Below, piece after piece: positions 11,708 through 25,104 of a stretch of 64,000 nucleotides of DNA. Positions within the stretch are counted from its first letter, which is position 1. Every line of letters starts with the position of its first letter. The DNA comes from Octopus bimaculoides (Eukaryota), in contig NC_068999.1 in NCBI RefSeq assembly GCF_001194135.2, positions 47,471,259 through 47,535,258 on the forward strand. Direction: 5' to 3'. The notes beneath the pieces are model-generated. The model was not told where the DNA came from. It searched no databases and saw only the letters and a list, made by a program, of their open reading frames with translations. Made by a program: the position numbers and the translations under genes.

Positions 11708-14700
11708 CTTTCCGTATTCCCGAGCGTCATACTAATATATACTTTTGTTATTTACACCACCTGTCCTCGTCTGTTGTTATTATTTGTATATTCTCCCATA
11801 TATGAATACACATATATATATGTATGGATATATATATATTGTGTGTGTGTGTGTATATATATATATAAATATATATATATATGTATATATACACATACGA
11901 ACCTCCACCAACTATTCTGTGTATACAACCACCATATATACATATTTATGTAAATATATATAGATGTTGGTTTGTTTATGTCTCTGTAAGTTAGCGGGGT
12001 TTTTTTTTAACTCTAGCAGTGCCAAGAGATTTGAAGTAAGGGGTGAGGAGGAATCTACATCAAGACTGTTATAGGGACTTGGTCAGGTGATTAGATATGG
12101 GAAGTTTTTTTTGTGTCAATGAGGAGCTAGAATATTTATTTCTTTATTGCTAAACCTAGAGGGGACAAACAAGGATAGATAAAGGGATTAAGTCGGTTAC
12201 ATTGACACCAGTGCATAACTGGTACTTATTTAATCGACCCCAAAAGGATGAAAGGCAAAGTCGACCTCGGTAGAATTTGAACTCAGAACATAAAGATAGA
12301 TGAAATACCGTTAAGCATTTCGCCTGGCGTGCTAACGTTTCTTATTTCTTTATTGTCCACAAGGGGCTAAACATAGAGGGGACAAACAAAGGGATTAAGT
12401 CGATTACATTGATACCAGTGCGTAANNNNNNNNNNTAGAGGGGACAAACAAAGGGATTAAGTCGATTACATTGATACCAGTGCGTAACTGGTACTTAATT
12501 TATCGACCCCGAAAGGATGAAAGGCAAAGTCGACCTCGACAGAATTTGAACTCAGAACGTCACAGCAGACGAAATACCGCCAAGCATTTCGCTTGGCATG
12601 CTAACGTTTCTGCCAGTTTGCCGCCTTGAACAGCAGAAATATTGATGGCGTTTTGACTTTTGTATTTATGTAAATGAAAATAATTGAAATTAGATTACAG
12701 AAGATTCATTGTAAATGGGAAGTAATTATTTCTACACACACACACACACATTCTCTCTCTTTTTATTTTGTTTCACACACACACTTGCCCTTTCACACAC
12801 ACACACTTGCCCTTTCACACACACACTCTTTCTCTCTCACACACACACACTCTGTCTCTCTCTCACACACACTCTTTCTCATACACACATACATGCACAC
12901 ACACACACTCACGCATGCACACACACTCACACTTTCTCTCTCTCTCACACACACACACACTCTATCTTTCTCTCTCTCTCTCTCTCACACACATACACAC
13001 CATTAGATTTATGCTGTAATTAATTGTCTGGAGTGAATAATTAAAAACATATTGATGACTTTGCAGAAACAGTTAAAACATTTCAGCTCTTAGTTATTTT
13101 TTTCTAATTAAAACTTCCGAATAACATAGGCTGTATGGTGTTGCTGATTTGCCCAGTACACATTGAAGAGGTTGTAGAGAGACTGTGACAAAAAACTTGT
13201 TTGAGAAAAGAAGAAAAGTGAGTTTTTAGGATTTATTGATCTTTCTATCTTTTTTATTTGGTTCATTTACCATAATGACTCTTCCAAAATAAGACTATGT
13301 TAGTTTCTGATCAAAATACTTGAAAAACGAATTCAAAAATGGAAAGACCACAAATTTTAGCCAAGCTAGCGGGAAACTGGGAAACGGTTTGTTTAAAAGA
13401 AGAAAAGGAAAAAAGAAAAAGGTGACTTTATAAAACAACAAGAACATCAATAACAAGAAGATCAATAACGACAACAACAACAAAAATTTGCCTGAAGGAA
13501 AGGGAGATGAAATTATTGTGACTGACAATACACTGTCATAAATTTAAAACACAGATAGGAAAACTGAAAGTAGTAGGAGCCTACAGAGATGTACAACTAG
13601 ACTCAGTGGAAACATCTGTTTTGACACTAGCACTAGCATATATGCCTTATACAAGATCAATAATATTGAATGTCAACTTGAATTTGAGAAAAACCCCACA
13701 CAAATTAGATTGGAATTAAAGAATGATAGCAACAACAACAAAATTAACAATTAAATCTCCCCTGGGAATTGGGATAGTGGTAGCAATTGTAGCTTGATTA
13801 CAAATACTGATAATGGCAGTAATAATGAACCACAACATTCCGTTTACAACAGTTTTTGGCAAATTGTATGATACGACACACACATATATCCCCATGGAAA
13901 TGAAACAGATGCAACGTCTGTACTGGCTGAAGTGTGAAACTTAATCCTTTGAATGCAGAAATGTGATACATATACACTCAAAATTTTATTATTGCTAACT
14001 GTGGAAAGCGGTTTTATTCAGTTTTAGAAAAAAACAAAAAAATAAATAAATAAATAAATAAAGAAAGAAAGAAACCCAACTCTTCTTATGCTGTGAAAAA
14101 TAGAGACACCCACAATGACACATTTTACAAAAGACAAGTAGAGGGTGCTTTTCATGCATCACCGGCATGGGAACCAGTCAGGCGGCACTGGCATCGACTC
14201 ACACTCGAATGGTGCCACACTCGAGTGGGATGGTGTAGAAGATGTTGAAATAGGCATGTGGACAACATCAAAGTAAAACAATGGGAAAGCATTGGATTGT
14301 GGTTTAAATAATTAATTTAATTGACACTTGCATTTATTTTTTATATACACCAAAGTTTCACTACATGACATTACCAACTTGGTGAAGAAGAAAATAAACA
14401 GGGGAAATACTGTGTTGATGTGATGAGAAGGTAGAACCGGGCATGTTTTGTGTCTGTGTGTGCGTTGGTCATTCAGTGGTGTCTGTTTATGTTCTGTGAC
14501 TGCTACTGTGTTGGGTCGTTCATGCTGAATATGTGGTTCTATGTTGGCTGCTTGACTGGTGCAAGTTACTGGCTGGCTGTCTCCTGGTGATGGCTATCTG
14601 CTGTTCCTTGACGGATTGCTGTATTTATAATGGTCATAACAGCTAGAAGGACAGACATACTATAGGAGTAATTTCTTCCTATGTAGGTCGCCTCCTGTCC

Positions 14701-15929
14701 ACTTGAACCTTAAATGANNNNNNNNNNNNNNNNNNNNNNNNNNNNNNNNNNNNNNNNNNNNNNNNNNNNNNNNNNNNNNNNNNNNNNNNNNNNNNNNNNN
14801 NNNNNNNNNNNNNNNNNNNNNNNNNNNNNNNNNNNNNNNNNNNNNNNNNNNNNNNNNNNNNNNNNNNNNNNNNNNNNNNNNNNNNNNNNNNNNNNNNNNN
14901 NNNNNNNNNNNNNNNNNNNNNNNNNNNNNNNNNNNNNNNNNNNNNNNNNNNNNNNNNNAAGCAACGTTTTTGTATGATGGGGTTTTACAAATACTTTTTA
15001 TTACAAAGATCTTTCCTAATTACTTCATGTTACTGACTCATATTAACAAATTAATAGGAAATAAATGAAGAGAGAAATGTTTTAAGAATAAACGAACTAG
15101 TAATTTTTTTTTTTTGGTTATTGTGACAAGTCATAACAGAGCTAATGAAAAATGTTTAATGAACCGTTATAATGATTTGTTGTATGAACGGATAATGATT
15201 ATATTTCGTTAGAAAGGCGGACTTAATTAAAATTTGTAATTAGTAAGTATAGTTAAACAAGGCTTTGTAAGGTATACATCTCGTCAGATATATTTCAAGC
15301 AACCGATGTGCATATATAATGGTGTGTTTTTCTATGCATATTAATTAACTTCCATGTATTGTATATTAATAAAACATAAAGAAAGATTGTTTTCCTAATG
15401 TGCATTTGTCAAAATGTGTGACACAAGATGTGCTCTGATTATCAGTGAAGAAACAATAGCTGTTACAAGTGTCAGACCACTTACATGGCTCAAGTGACCA
15501 TGTAAGTGGTCTGATTTGTTGAAAATAGCCACTCACTTAGCGTTTCTAAGTGTTTATTGCTACGTCTGCAACAATAACTACTTCTAAGTGGTTGGACAGC
15601 TTTAACTAATGTTGCAGAAATATACGGTGACTTCAGAACTTTCGATTTGTATTGAAGTAAGTTAAGCGTAAAGTGGGGGAATTTTTTTTTTTATGATGAT
15701 TTCCTATTTCGTATTAATAATAAATAATACATATCAGTATATTGTCAGATTTTAATTTTTTCATGTTGATCTTGAGCATATTATTGAATAATTAAATAAA
15801 ACAAAGCACTATGGACTTCTTTTCTTTCTGAATCAAAAAAGCTTTTTTCGTTACTTAATTAAAAATAATCATAACTTCGAAAGTGTATCTAAAATTTCAT
15901 TAAAAAATACGCATTATTAAGAAAATTAT

Positions 15930-16460
15930 AAGGAAACGAAGTCGAAGCGGGGCACGAAAGTGTAGTTATGTCTACAAATAACGTTCTCAGTTACGAACTG
16001 TGTGGCCTGGTGGACAACAGCCTTTGGTTTAGAATACAATATTACTATTTCGAATCTAGCCTGGAACCATGTATACATCCACGAATAAAATATCAGATAA
16101 CGATCGAAGAGTTAACTGATTTAAATCTCAAGTAGGTGTTAGTATATATAATCTAAGGACTATCAAGTTGCGACACTTATAATCTCATTGAGTTTCCAAT
16201 CCTCTTTTCCATTATTGCTTGTTGACGACCACCAACCAAATTAATTTAAGCGAATGACTTAGAAATCAACATCCATATTTCCCACCATTAACGGTTTGTA
16301 GCAGACAACATGAAGCGACATCCAGTTTTCGATATTCTACGCCGCCGCCCGCCGACACTATTCAATAAATGTTGCATACAAAAATTCTTGGTTTTCTTAT
16401 CAATTTCTGGATATCGAACAGTAAAATACACACATACATACATAAGAACAGACGTCTCGA
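15930..16460. promoter_or_regulatory. Candidate shared (divergent) promoter region
   Basis: Local CpG enrichment (gtcgaagcggggcacg, cgccgccgcccgccgac) between the head-to-head His-rich and ENPP genes; both ATG exons start with a splice acceptor. Confidence 0.3.
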
Positions 16461-16490
16461 TTTATTGTGGCCTCAAATGAAGCAAAGTTT

Positions 16491-16713
16491 GGTGCCACTT
16501 TAACATAAGGTCTGCTTGGCCATCTGTACTTTAGCGTGCAATCTAATCCTAACTCTAAACTCTATCACCTAACCCTAATGGTAAACCTTAACCGTAACTC
16601 TAACCTTAACCCAAATCCTTACCTAACTCTAAACCTAAACTGAAACCCAGATCAAGTCCTTTCACAAGGTAAGACTACGGATACAGCAGTAGACTGCTCG
16701 TTAAAGTAGCACC
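16491..16713. mobile_element. Second copy of the telomere-like MITE
   Basis: Ends GGTGCCACTTTA / TAAAGTAGCACC; same interior and same ...tttcaca...gtagactgc tail as 574-719. Confidence 0.7.
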
Positions 16714-17631
16714 CAAAGTATCGTATTAATTATGAAAAAGAATTAGACACTGAAAAAGAAACAAAAAAAAAAAAAATCCCCGTTGTGATATTTTTAACAA
16801 TAAATTATTTTACTTCTGTAAAAGAATAGAGCAACAGAAGCCAACAATCCCTCATATGTTAACTCGCTATCGATTACATAGATAATTGATTCTAAGAACG
16901 ACGGAACTGACACAAAAATGTCATGTTTGTTGACGACAACGAACTGGTTGCTAACACCGAAGCTACAATCGCCCCCATGCATTCTTTAAAATGTTACAAC
17001 TCTCCATTGCATGCCATACCATCCATGGCATTTACCAACTTTCACATTAAACAACTATTACTTTGTTTCAAGAGGGGAAGTTAAAAAATACATAATAAAA
17101 GATAACGAAAACAAAAAGCCATGTTTCTACATCCTTGTATGATAAGTTTCATTTTTGATATCTTTGATCCAGAAATTATTTTTAAAAAACATTCCAAAAT
17201 CCGGTTAGCCCTGCCTATAGCATGATAAAAAGATATCTAACACCTGTTCTACATCTTAAATTATACAAAAGGCTATTATATTCTATATACAACACATAAC
17301 TTTTAGGTCATTGAAACTTATCGCATCCTGTTCAGTGTTTATACTTTACTGTTTTGAATGTTATTGTTAATCATAAAGTTGTATCATTTAAAATTCGTAA
17401 CAGGGTTAATTTAAGTATCAAGAAATAGATTAAGTATCAAGAAATAGATTAAGTATCAAGAAATCAAAACATTTTTATATCGATGATAACACGATCTTCT
17501 CTTTTTTTCATTTTCGCAAATTCATGTTCAAAGGAAGGTGATAAGACGTGGTATTAACTTTTACTGGAGACTTATTGGCGTGACACCGCTAAGCATTTCG
17601 CTGGAACTTGTTTGGTATCTCTCTCTAGGCA

Positions 17632-18490
17632 ATGTCTCTCTGTATTTATTCTATTGTATATATTATCATCCCATTTTTATATTGTTTCCCAATTATATTA
17701 GCTGATCTGACATTTCCGAACCTTTTACTGGTTTCTTTCGACGGTTTTCGATGGGATTACATGACTCATTCAAATGCTACTTTGAATAACTTTAAGTGGT
17801 TTATCGAAAATGGCGTTTCTGCACGACGTGGTCTACAAAATGCCTTTATTACGAAGACTTTCCCTAATCACATCACTTTAGTGACCGGTATGTACGAAGA
17901 AAGTCACGGTATAGTTGGTAATATAATGTATGATCCTCTTTACAACGATACCTTTTACGGTTCTATTGATCAAATCAGAGACCCTAAGTGGATGGACGAC
18001 GGAGGTGAACCCATATGGGTGACTAACCAAAAGCAAAACACAAAGGCTAGAAGTGGATGTGTTTACTGGGTCGGTGATGGTGCTAGCATAAAAGGGTTTA
18101 AACCATACAGATATTTAGAATTTAATAAAAATCATTTGTTGAATTTTACTAGCAGAATAGACAAAATTATTGAGTGGTTCACAGACCCCTCTTATCCTAT
18201 TAATCTGGGGTTGTTATATTTCGAAGAACCAGATCATACCGGGCATCTCTTTGGTCCTGATTCACCAGAAATTGATAAACAATTAACTGTCCTTAACAAT
18301 GATTTAGGTTATCTTATTCGACGTTTAAACAACACAGGTTTACTTCCCAAAACTAATGTCATCATAACCAGTGACCATGGAATGGCATTTACGCCAGCAG
18401 ATAAAATTATTAACTTGGATTTATACATCACGCCGTCTAAATATCAAATTTTTCAAAGAAATCCTATTGGAAATATCCTACCTAATAAAG
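17632..18490 (+). CDS. ENPP4/5: ENPP coding exon 1 (signal peptide + catalytic core)
   Basis: Acceptor ctctctag at 17628 just before the ATG; donor AAAG|gtgag at 18491. Confidence 0.95.
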
Positions 18491-21400
18491 GTGAGAACTC
18501 ATTTTATGTTTATGGTTTATAAATATATAACTATATATGGTTTATTAATTAAATTATATCTTTGTTTATTTGAACCGTTTTCATGTAAAGAGCGTACACA
18601 AATCAGATTTTGCGTTGTTGTTTTAACAAAATCAGCTTTCGCGATGTTATTCAGCAGTCCTGAGATTAAATACATTCTCGACATGACCATTCTGTCTTAT
18701 TTTCGGGAATATGATACCTAAAACCACATCATCCGGTAGGAGGTGATTTAAGAGAGATTTAGCTGCTATTTCTTGCAAGTCGAATGACCTCTTCATTCAA
18801 GTGTAAACCAGTCCTGAACAATTATACTGATATCGATATTTTCACGCACTCGCAACGCGTGGATATTTTTACCTTTTCTTTTTCTTTTTCTGCTTGAATG
18901 TTTAATATATCATCGTCATCACCATCATCGTTTTCACGTCCACTTTTTCATGCCCGCATGGGTCAGAAAGAATTTGCTGAGGTGGATGGACTTCTACAGC
19001 TGGATGCTCTTCCCGAAGGTAATATTTTCCCTCGACCAGACATGTTTTCCATGAAAGATTGGAAATGAAGGTCATCGCCTGCATTGTGGTGAATCTCGTT
19101 TACAACTATCACGTGAAGTATAGTACATACGCAGTTACATATGTAAGTGCGTATGTACATAGATACATGCATACACACGACGGGCTTCTGTCAGTGTTTT
19201 CCTACCAAATCCACTTACAAGGCTTTAGTCGGTCTGGGGCTGTAGTAAAGGACACTTGCCCTAGGTGTCACACTGTAGGATTGAACCCAAAACCTTGTGA
19301 TTGGCAAGCACAGGGTTATATATATGTGTGTGTGTGAGTTTCTTTGTCCTCTCTGGGCGAGAGGAAATATTACCTTACTTGGAAATAGGTAAAGATTGAC
19401 AACGGGAAGGTCCTTTGAAAAAATGCCTGAACGAATTCCATCTCATCCATGCAAGAATGGAAATGTGTATTTTAAAACAATAATGATGAAATGATCTTGA
19501 TATAAATGTATTTCGCACTTCTTCAGTTTCTCTTCACCAATTTCTTTCAGAAAATATATTTATAGCTTTTAGTACAAGTGCACCAAGGCTGGGAGCATCC
19601 ATGCTGTGGGAACAAACCCCTAAGTATGGTTTTATATATAGATATGTATAGGTGTATAGCTATACCTGTTCACCCATGTAAAAAGCACTGGTGCTGATGC
19701 CATGTAAAAAACACCCAGTACAATCTGAAAAGTGGTTGGCAGAATCCAAGGTGTAGAATCCAAGCCAAAACAGACTGGAATCTGGTGCAGATCCTGGCCT
19801 TGACAGCTCCTGTCAAAACCATCCAACCCATGCCAGCTTGGAAAATGGACTTTAAATGATGATGATGAATGGCTAGGCTATATGTGGAATTTAATGTAAT
19901 ACTTACTTATTCACATTGTTTTGAATTAATCATTCATTACCTCTTAGCATTGAGATTTCGATGATGTGGTTGTTTATTTTGAAAATGACATTGTAGAGTA
20001 AGTGTGAGAGGCTGGATCTGGTCAGTTTGGACAAAAAACAAGTTAGAATATTTGAGCTGGGTATTTGGCCAGTTTTAATGCTAAAGGGATAAGCTGTATG
20101 TGGAATGTGGAACGTCTGTTCAGATTAATATGTTGATAAATTAAAAAAATCCTGTCTAAATTCATGATTATTTTAGAATTTAATTGAAATACATAAGGGG
20201 TGTATTTTAGTTAGAAATATAATAACTGAAGGGTTAACTAGAACAGTAAACCAAAGCCATAGTCACTGCTGCCTTAGTAGATTAGTTTAAAGATTACTGT
20301 AAGCTGGAACCAAAATTAACCTAAACAGATTGTTGAACTTAGAAACTTAACATTTTTGATATTTTCGTTACTTTCTTTTTTTACTCTTACTGGTTTCAGC
20401 TCAGGGCTGAGGTCATGCTGGTACACCACATATAGTCACTCGGTGCTGTTTCTAATACTGATTTTGGTGAAGTAGCGAGTTGGATGGAGCTGTTCTTCTT
20501 TGCATCTCCTGTTGTGATGTGGGTTCATCTGGTATCTCAGACAGAAACCTGTCCAGGCGTTCCTTGAAAACTTCCACATCAACATCATGTGGATCTGGAA
20601 GGATACTCTTTCACTTGTTTCAGTCGTTTGACTGCAGCCATGCTGGAGCACCGCCTTTATAGGCGAGCAAATCGACCCCAGAGCTTAATCTTTGTAAGCC
20701 TAGTACTTATTCTATCGGTCTCTTTTGCCGAACCACTAAGTTACGGGGACATAAACACACCACCATCGGTTGTCAAGCGATGCTGGGGGGACAAACAGAC
20801 ACACAAACATACACACACACACACACACACATACATATATATACATATACGACAGGTTTCTTTCTGTTTCCGTCTACCAAATCCACTCACAAGGCTTTGG
20901 TCGGCTCGAGGCTATAGTAGAAGACACTTGCCCAAGGTGCCATGCAATGGGACTGAACCCGGGACCATGTGGTTGATAAGCAAGCTATTTACCACACAGC
21001 CACTCCTGCACCTATATTGAACAATTGCGGTCCCTTGAAACCCAGACTAACTGCAGTACTGTGTCCTTATTTTAGATGGGAAGATTTTTTTGTTTTTGTA
21101 TATGATAATTAAGAAAGAGTAATTTTTAAAATTAACATGTGAATTTGCGGAACAATTTTTTGATAATGAAATCCTCTTTTTTTAATCTTTTAGATGTTCC
21201 TATTGAGCAGTTTGTAAAAAATCTATCATCAGTGTCTCACTTACATGTGTTTCTTAAGGAAGATATTCCAGAAAGTGCTCATTACAAACACAATCGCCGT
21301 ATTCAGCCTTTACTGTTGGTTCCCGATGAAGGATACACTCTCAATTCATCACATTATAGCTACCACAGTGAGTACATTCCTCAAAACTACTTTGATTTGT

Positions 21401-24400
21401 AATCTTTGTATCGTATTTTACAATAGGCACAGGCATGGCTGTGTGGATAAGATGTTTGCTCCTAACCATGTGGCTTTGGGTTCAATCCCTCTGTGTGGCA
21501 CTTGTAAAGATGGCCAAGATACTGCTAAGCATTTTGTCTGGCATGGCAACAATTCTGCCAGCTTGCTGCCTTAAATTTTAATTAATATTAATTTTAATTA
21601 TAATTCTCAGCTATTTCATTTTAATAAACTCTTGGTTTTAATTCTCACTTATTTCATTTTAATTTCTTTTTTCTTTAAATAAAAATTTCAGGACAAGGAG
21701 AACATGGCTACAACAACTCTTTACTTGATATGCATCCAATTTTTATGGCTTCTGGGCCAAGCCTTAAGAAAAACTTCTCAGTTGACATGTTTGAAAATGT
21801 TGATTTATACCCTTTGATGTGTACACTTCTTGGTTTAAAACCTTCTCCTAATAATGGTAGTATGAAGACTGTTCAAGCATTTCTTATCCCTAAATATTCA
21901 AGCAGCTTTACAACATTTATTACATGTAAGTACAATTGTGTCTATTAATTTCCTTTATTTCTTTGCCATTCTAATCAAAGACTAATTTCAGAATCCTTAC
22001 ATCTTACTTTTCTGTAAAAAAATAGTCTCCAGCGTATATTACTCAGCCTGTTTCTGTCTTGAAATAGCACAACAGGGTGTATTTTTGAGGATGCTAATAT
22101 GTGTGTGTGCATGGGGTGAGGAGTGTTTTTGTGTTTGTTTTTATGTCAAGTTATAATAAAAACAATTTTATACTAAACCAGAAGATCACTCAGTACTTAT
22201 TTTGTAGAGCATATGTTTATTAAACTTTTACAAGACAGTGACTTCGAAGTTTCAGCCTGCTTACCTTTGTTGGACTGTCCAACAAAACATTAAAGTCACT
22301 GTTACCCTTCCTCATGTAAAAGTAGTGTACATATATATATAGAGAGCTAAGGTCAGTTTGGATGGGAAGCTGAGGTATCTCCAGAGAAGCACTAAATCCG
22401 AATACTGGGCTGTCAACACTGTCAGGATCCAAGCCAAAGCTGGAATACTTTTGGTGTAGAAAATCCAAGTTTCACGATGATTATACCATCGTATGGTTTG
22501 ACAAAGAGTAAATAATCCAGTGAAAAGAAGAAGACAAAGAAAATTCTTTAACACCTCTTTAATTATAAGTTACAAATGTTTCCGCACCATCTCCATTTGC
22601 AATGCCAGTTTACAAGAAAATTCTAAAAGAAAAAGTCACATAAACAATCTCCATATTTGGGAGATAGCAATCTGTGGAACTGGTCTTGTGTATGAGAAAC
22701 AGCTCTGATGGAATGGTCATATGAAAATGGAAAATATCAGCTGAATAAAAATGTGTGTTTTGGCCAGAGGAAGACCAAGAGAGCCAAAAGAAGTGGTGGA
22801 ATCAGATCTTTTGATGCTGGGCCTAGAAAACAAGATATCATATACTAGCATTAAAAAATAAATAAATAAAACAACTCAGATGATAAAATCATGATGAAGT
22901 ACTTATGTTGGGTACATTAGGATGAGGATAGAGTATCTATACTGAGTACATTGTGTGATATGTTGAATCTGGCCAATTTGAACATAAAACAAGAAGAATA
23001 TTTGGGCCAGATATGGTCAGTTTAAATGCTAAAGGGTTAAGTAAATAAAAATGGAATACCCTTGTCGAGTACATTAAAATGATGGTGGATTACTCATGTT
23101 GAGTACATTAAAATAATGATGGAGTACTGATGACAGAGTGTCAGTCTTTGTAAAGTAAATGTCTGTTAAACAGAGCCCTTAATTCTCAAACTGATCTCGC
23201 TATTTATTTCTCTTCTACTAATAGACATGAATAGAAAACAGAAATTGCCTCAGCGATGTAACCTTAGAACTTAAATTTAAATCTTGAAGTGTTTGCTTGT
23301 ATCTTTGTAAGTCATTCCATGTAATTTATTTCAACTGTTTTGTTATATATCTTCCGTGAGATGGTAATTACTTTCTTGTACTTCCATTCCAATATTTTCA
23401 TTTTAAAATTACTTTAAGAGCCAACATTTCCTCCAACTTCAAGCCTAGAAAGAATTCTTTGATATACTTTGTTTATGTATATATATATATATATATATAA
23501 ATGGAGAGTTTGAACACAGAAAAATATCAATTTTTTGTATAATAGTCAATTTCATATCACCTTTGTATGTTTCAATTTCTTACCTACATTCATATTTTGC
23601 AGTTAAGATTGCATTATGCATTTAAAAGGTAAAAACATCTTCAGGGCAAAAATTGACAAATATTCATTCACATCCATTAGGATGTGAATGATAAAAATTA
23701 AAATAAACATTGGAAGTAACCTTAAAATGAAATGTACTCTCACCATTTGAAAATAGTCTAACTCCATACACATAATACATAGTGAATCATACCCCCATTA
23801 ATTATGAAATATAAAAATTAATTTAACTAAAATATACATATGATAACCTAAACTATCAACAAATAAGACTAATACATCTAAATAAATAAAAATTTTTAAT
23901 AAACATTGGAATTCTCACAACTAAATAAGTAGACATTATTTACATTTGACAGATATTTGTCCTCATCTTGTTTGTTGTTAAAACAGTCTTGGGGAAATTT
24001 CGAACCTTAGGAATGAGAACCCAGGTTAGAAACCTCCCCAAGATACCTGATGAAGGCTGGAGGGTATATAAGCAGAAATGTTGTGTTAACAACAAATAAG
24101 GTGAGGACAAATATCCGTCAAATGTAAATAATGTACATAATTCCTCATCTCTTAAATATAGAACTGTATTAAATAAATAGAAGTTAAATGAATATATTGA
24201 TTTGATTTCTTGCTAATGTTAGCATGGAAAGTGGACGTTAAACAATGATGATATATATTTTATTTTTTATTCTTTTCACAAATGAGTAGAGATAGGAATG
24301 GTAGCCAACCATTATAAAACCAATCTAAGGAGAATAGTAGTATGACCTGTAACTTTAAGCTATTTTTTGAAAGGAATCCAAATGACACACATGCTGACTA

Positions 24401-25071
24401 ACACAAGCACACAAAAGCATGCTGCTATCTCAATCTGTAAGCAACTCTCCATCCTAATGGGTGTAAATGAATATTTGTCAATTTTGGCCCTGAAGAGATT
24501 TTTACCTTTTAAATGCATAATGCAATCTTAATTTGCAAAATATGAATGAAGGTAAGAAATTGAAACATATGTAGGTGATATGAAATTGACTATTATACAA
24601 ATAAATTGATTTTTTTCTCTGTTCAAACTCTCCACTTTCCTTATATTATATTATAAAAATTCTGTTCTCCTATATTGAATGGATGAAAACATCTATAATG
24701 ACAACTGGAGCTTCATAAGTGTTAACAGTAATTCTAACACTGATTAATGACTATCATGCAAAGTCAAGGCAAGGCAGCAGTAACTCTCTCTTACATGGAG
24801 GCAATGGCAATTGAGTGAGACCTTCAGCAAGGTGCTGTACTTGAGTAGAAGACCCATCAAGCCATCTTGAGTAGAAGACACCATACTGGTGTCATGCAAC
24901 TGGCAAATCCACTGACAAGGCTTTGGTTGGCCCCAGGGCTATAGTTGACGACACTTGCCCAAGGTGCCATGCTGTGGGGCTGAACTCAAGACCACATGGT
25001 TTCATGTACTTTTATATATAGGTCTATGTGTGTGTGTGTGTGTGTGGGGGGGGGTATACAAACATGCGCAT

Positions 25072-25104
<33 letters not shown>

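Noticed and set aside
12374-12487. 52-bp direct duplication around a 10-N gap
   Set aside because: Typical unmerged contig overlap, so an assembly artefact.
13130-13900. Exon-like segment with a GTGAGT donor and K/N-rich partial frames
   Set aside because: Stops in all frames and no recognisable homology.
16310-16480. ATG-initiated 56-aa ORF as the ENPP first coding exon
   Set aside because: No signal-peptide character, and the 17632 ATG already provides one. At most a uORF.
16794-16982. Minus ORF with VPSFLESII...EGLL, superficially RhoGAP-like
   Set aside because: Lacks the catalytic Arg (EGxxR), has no supporting splice sites and no partner exons.
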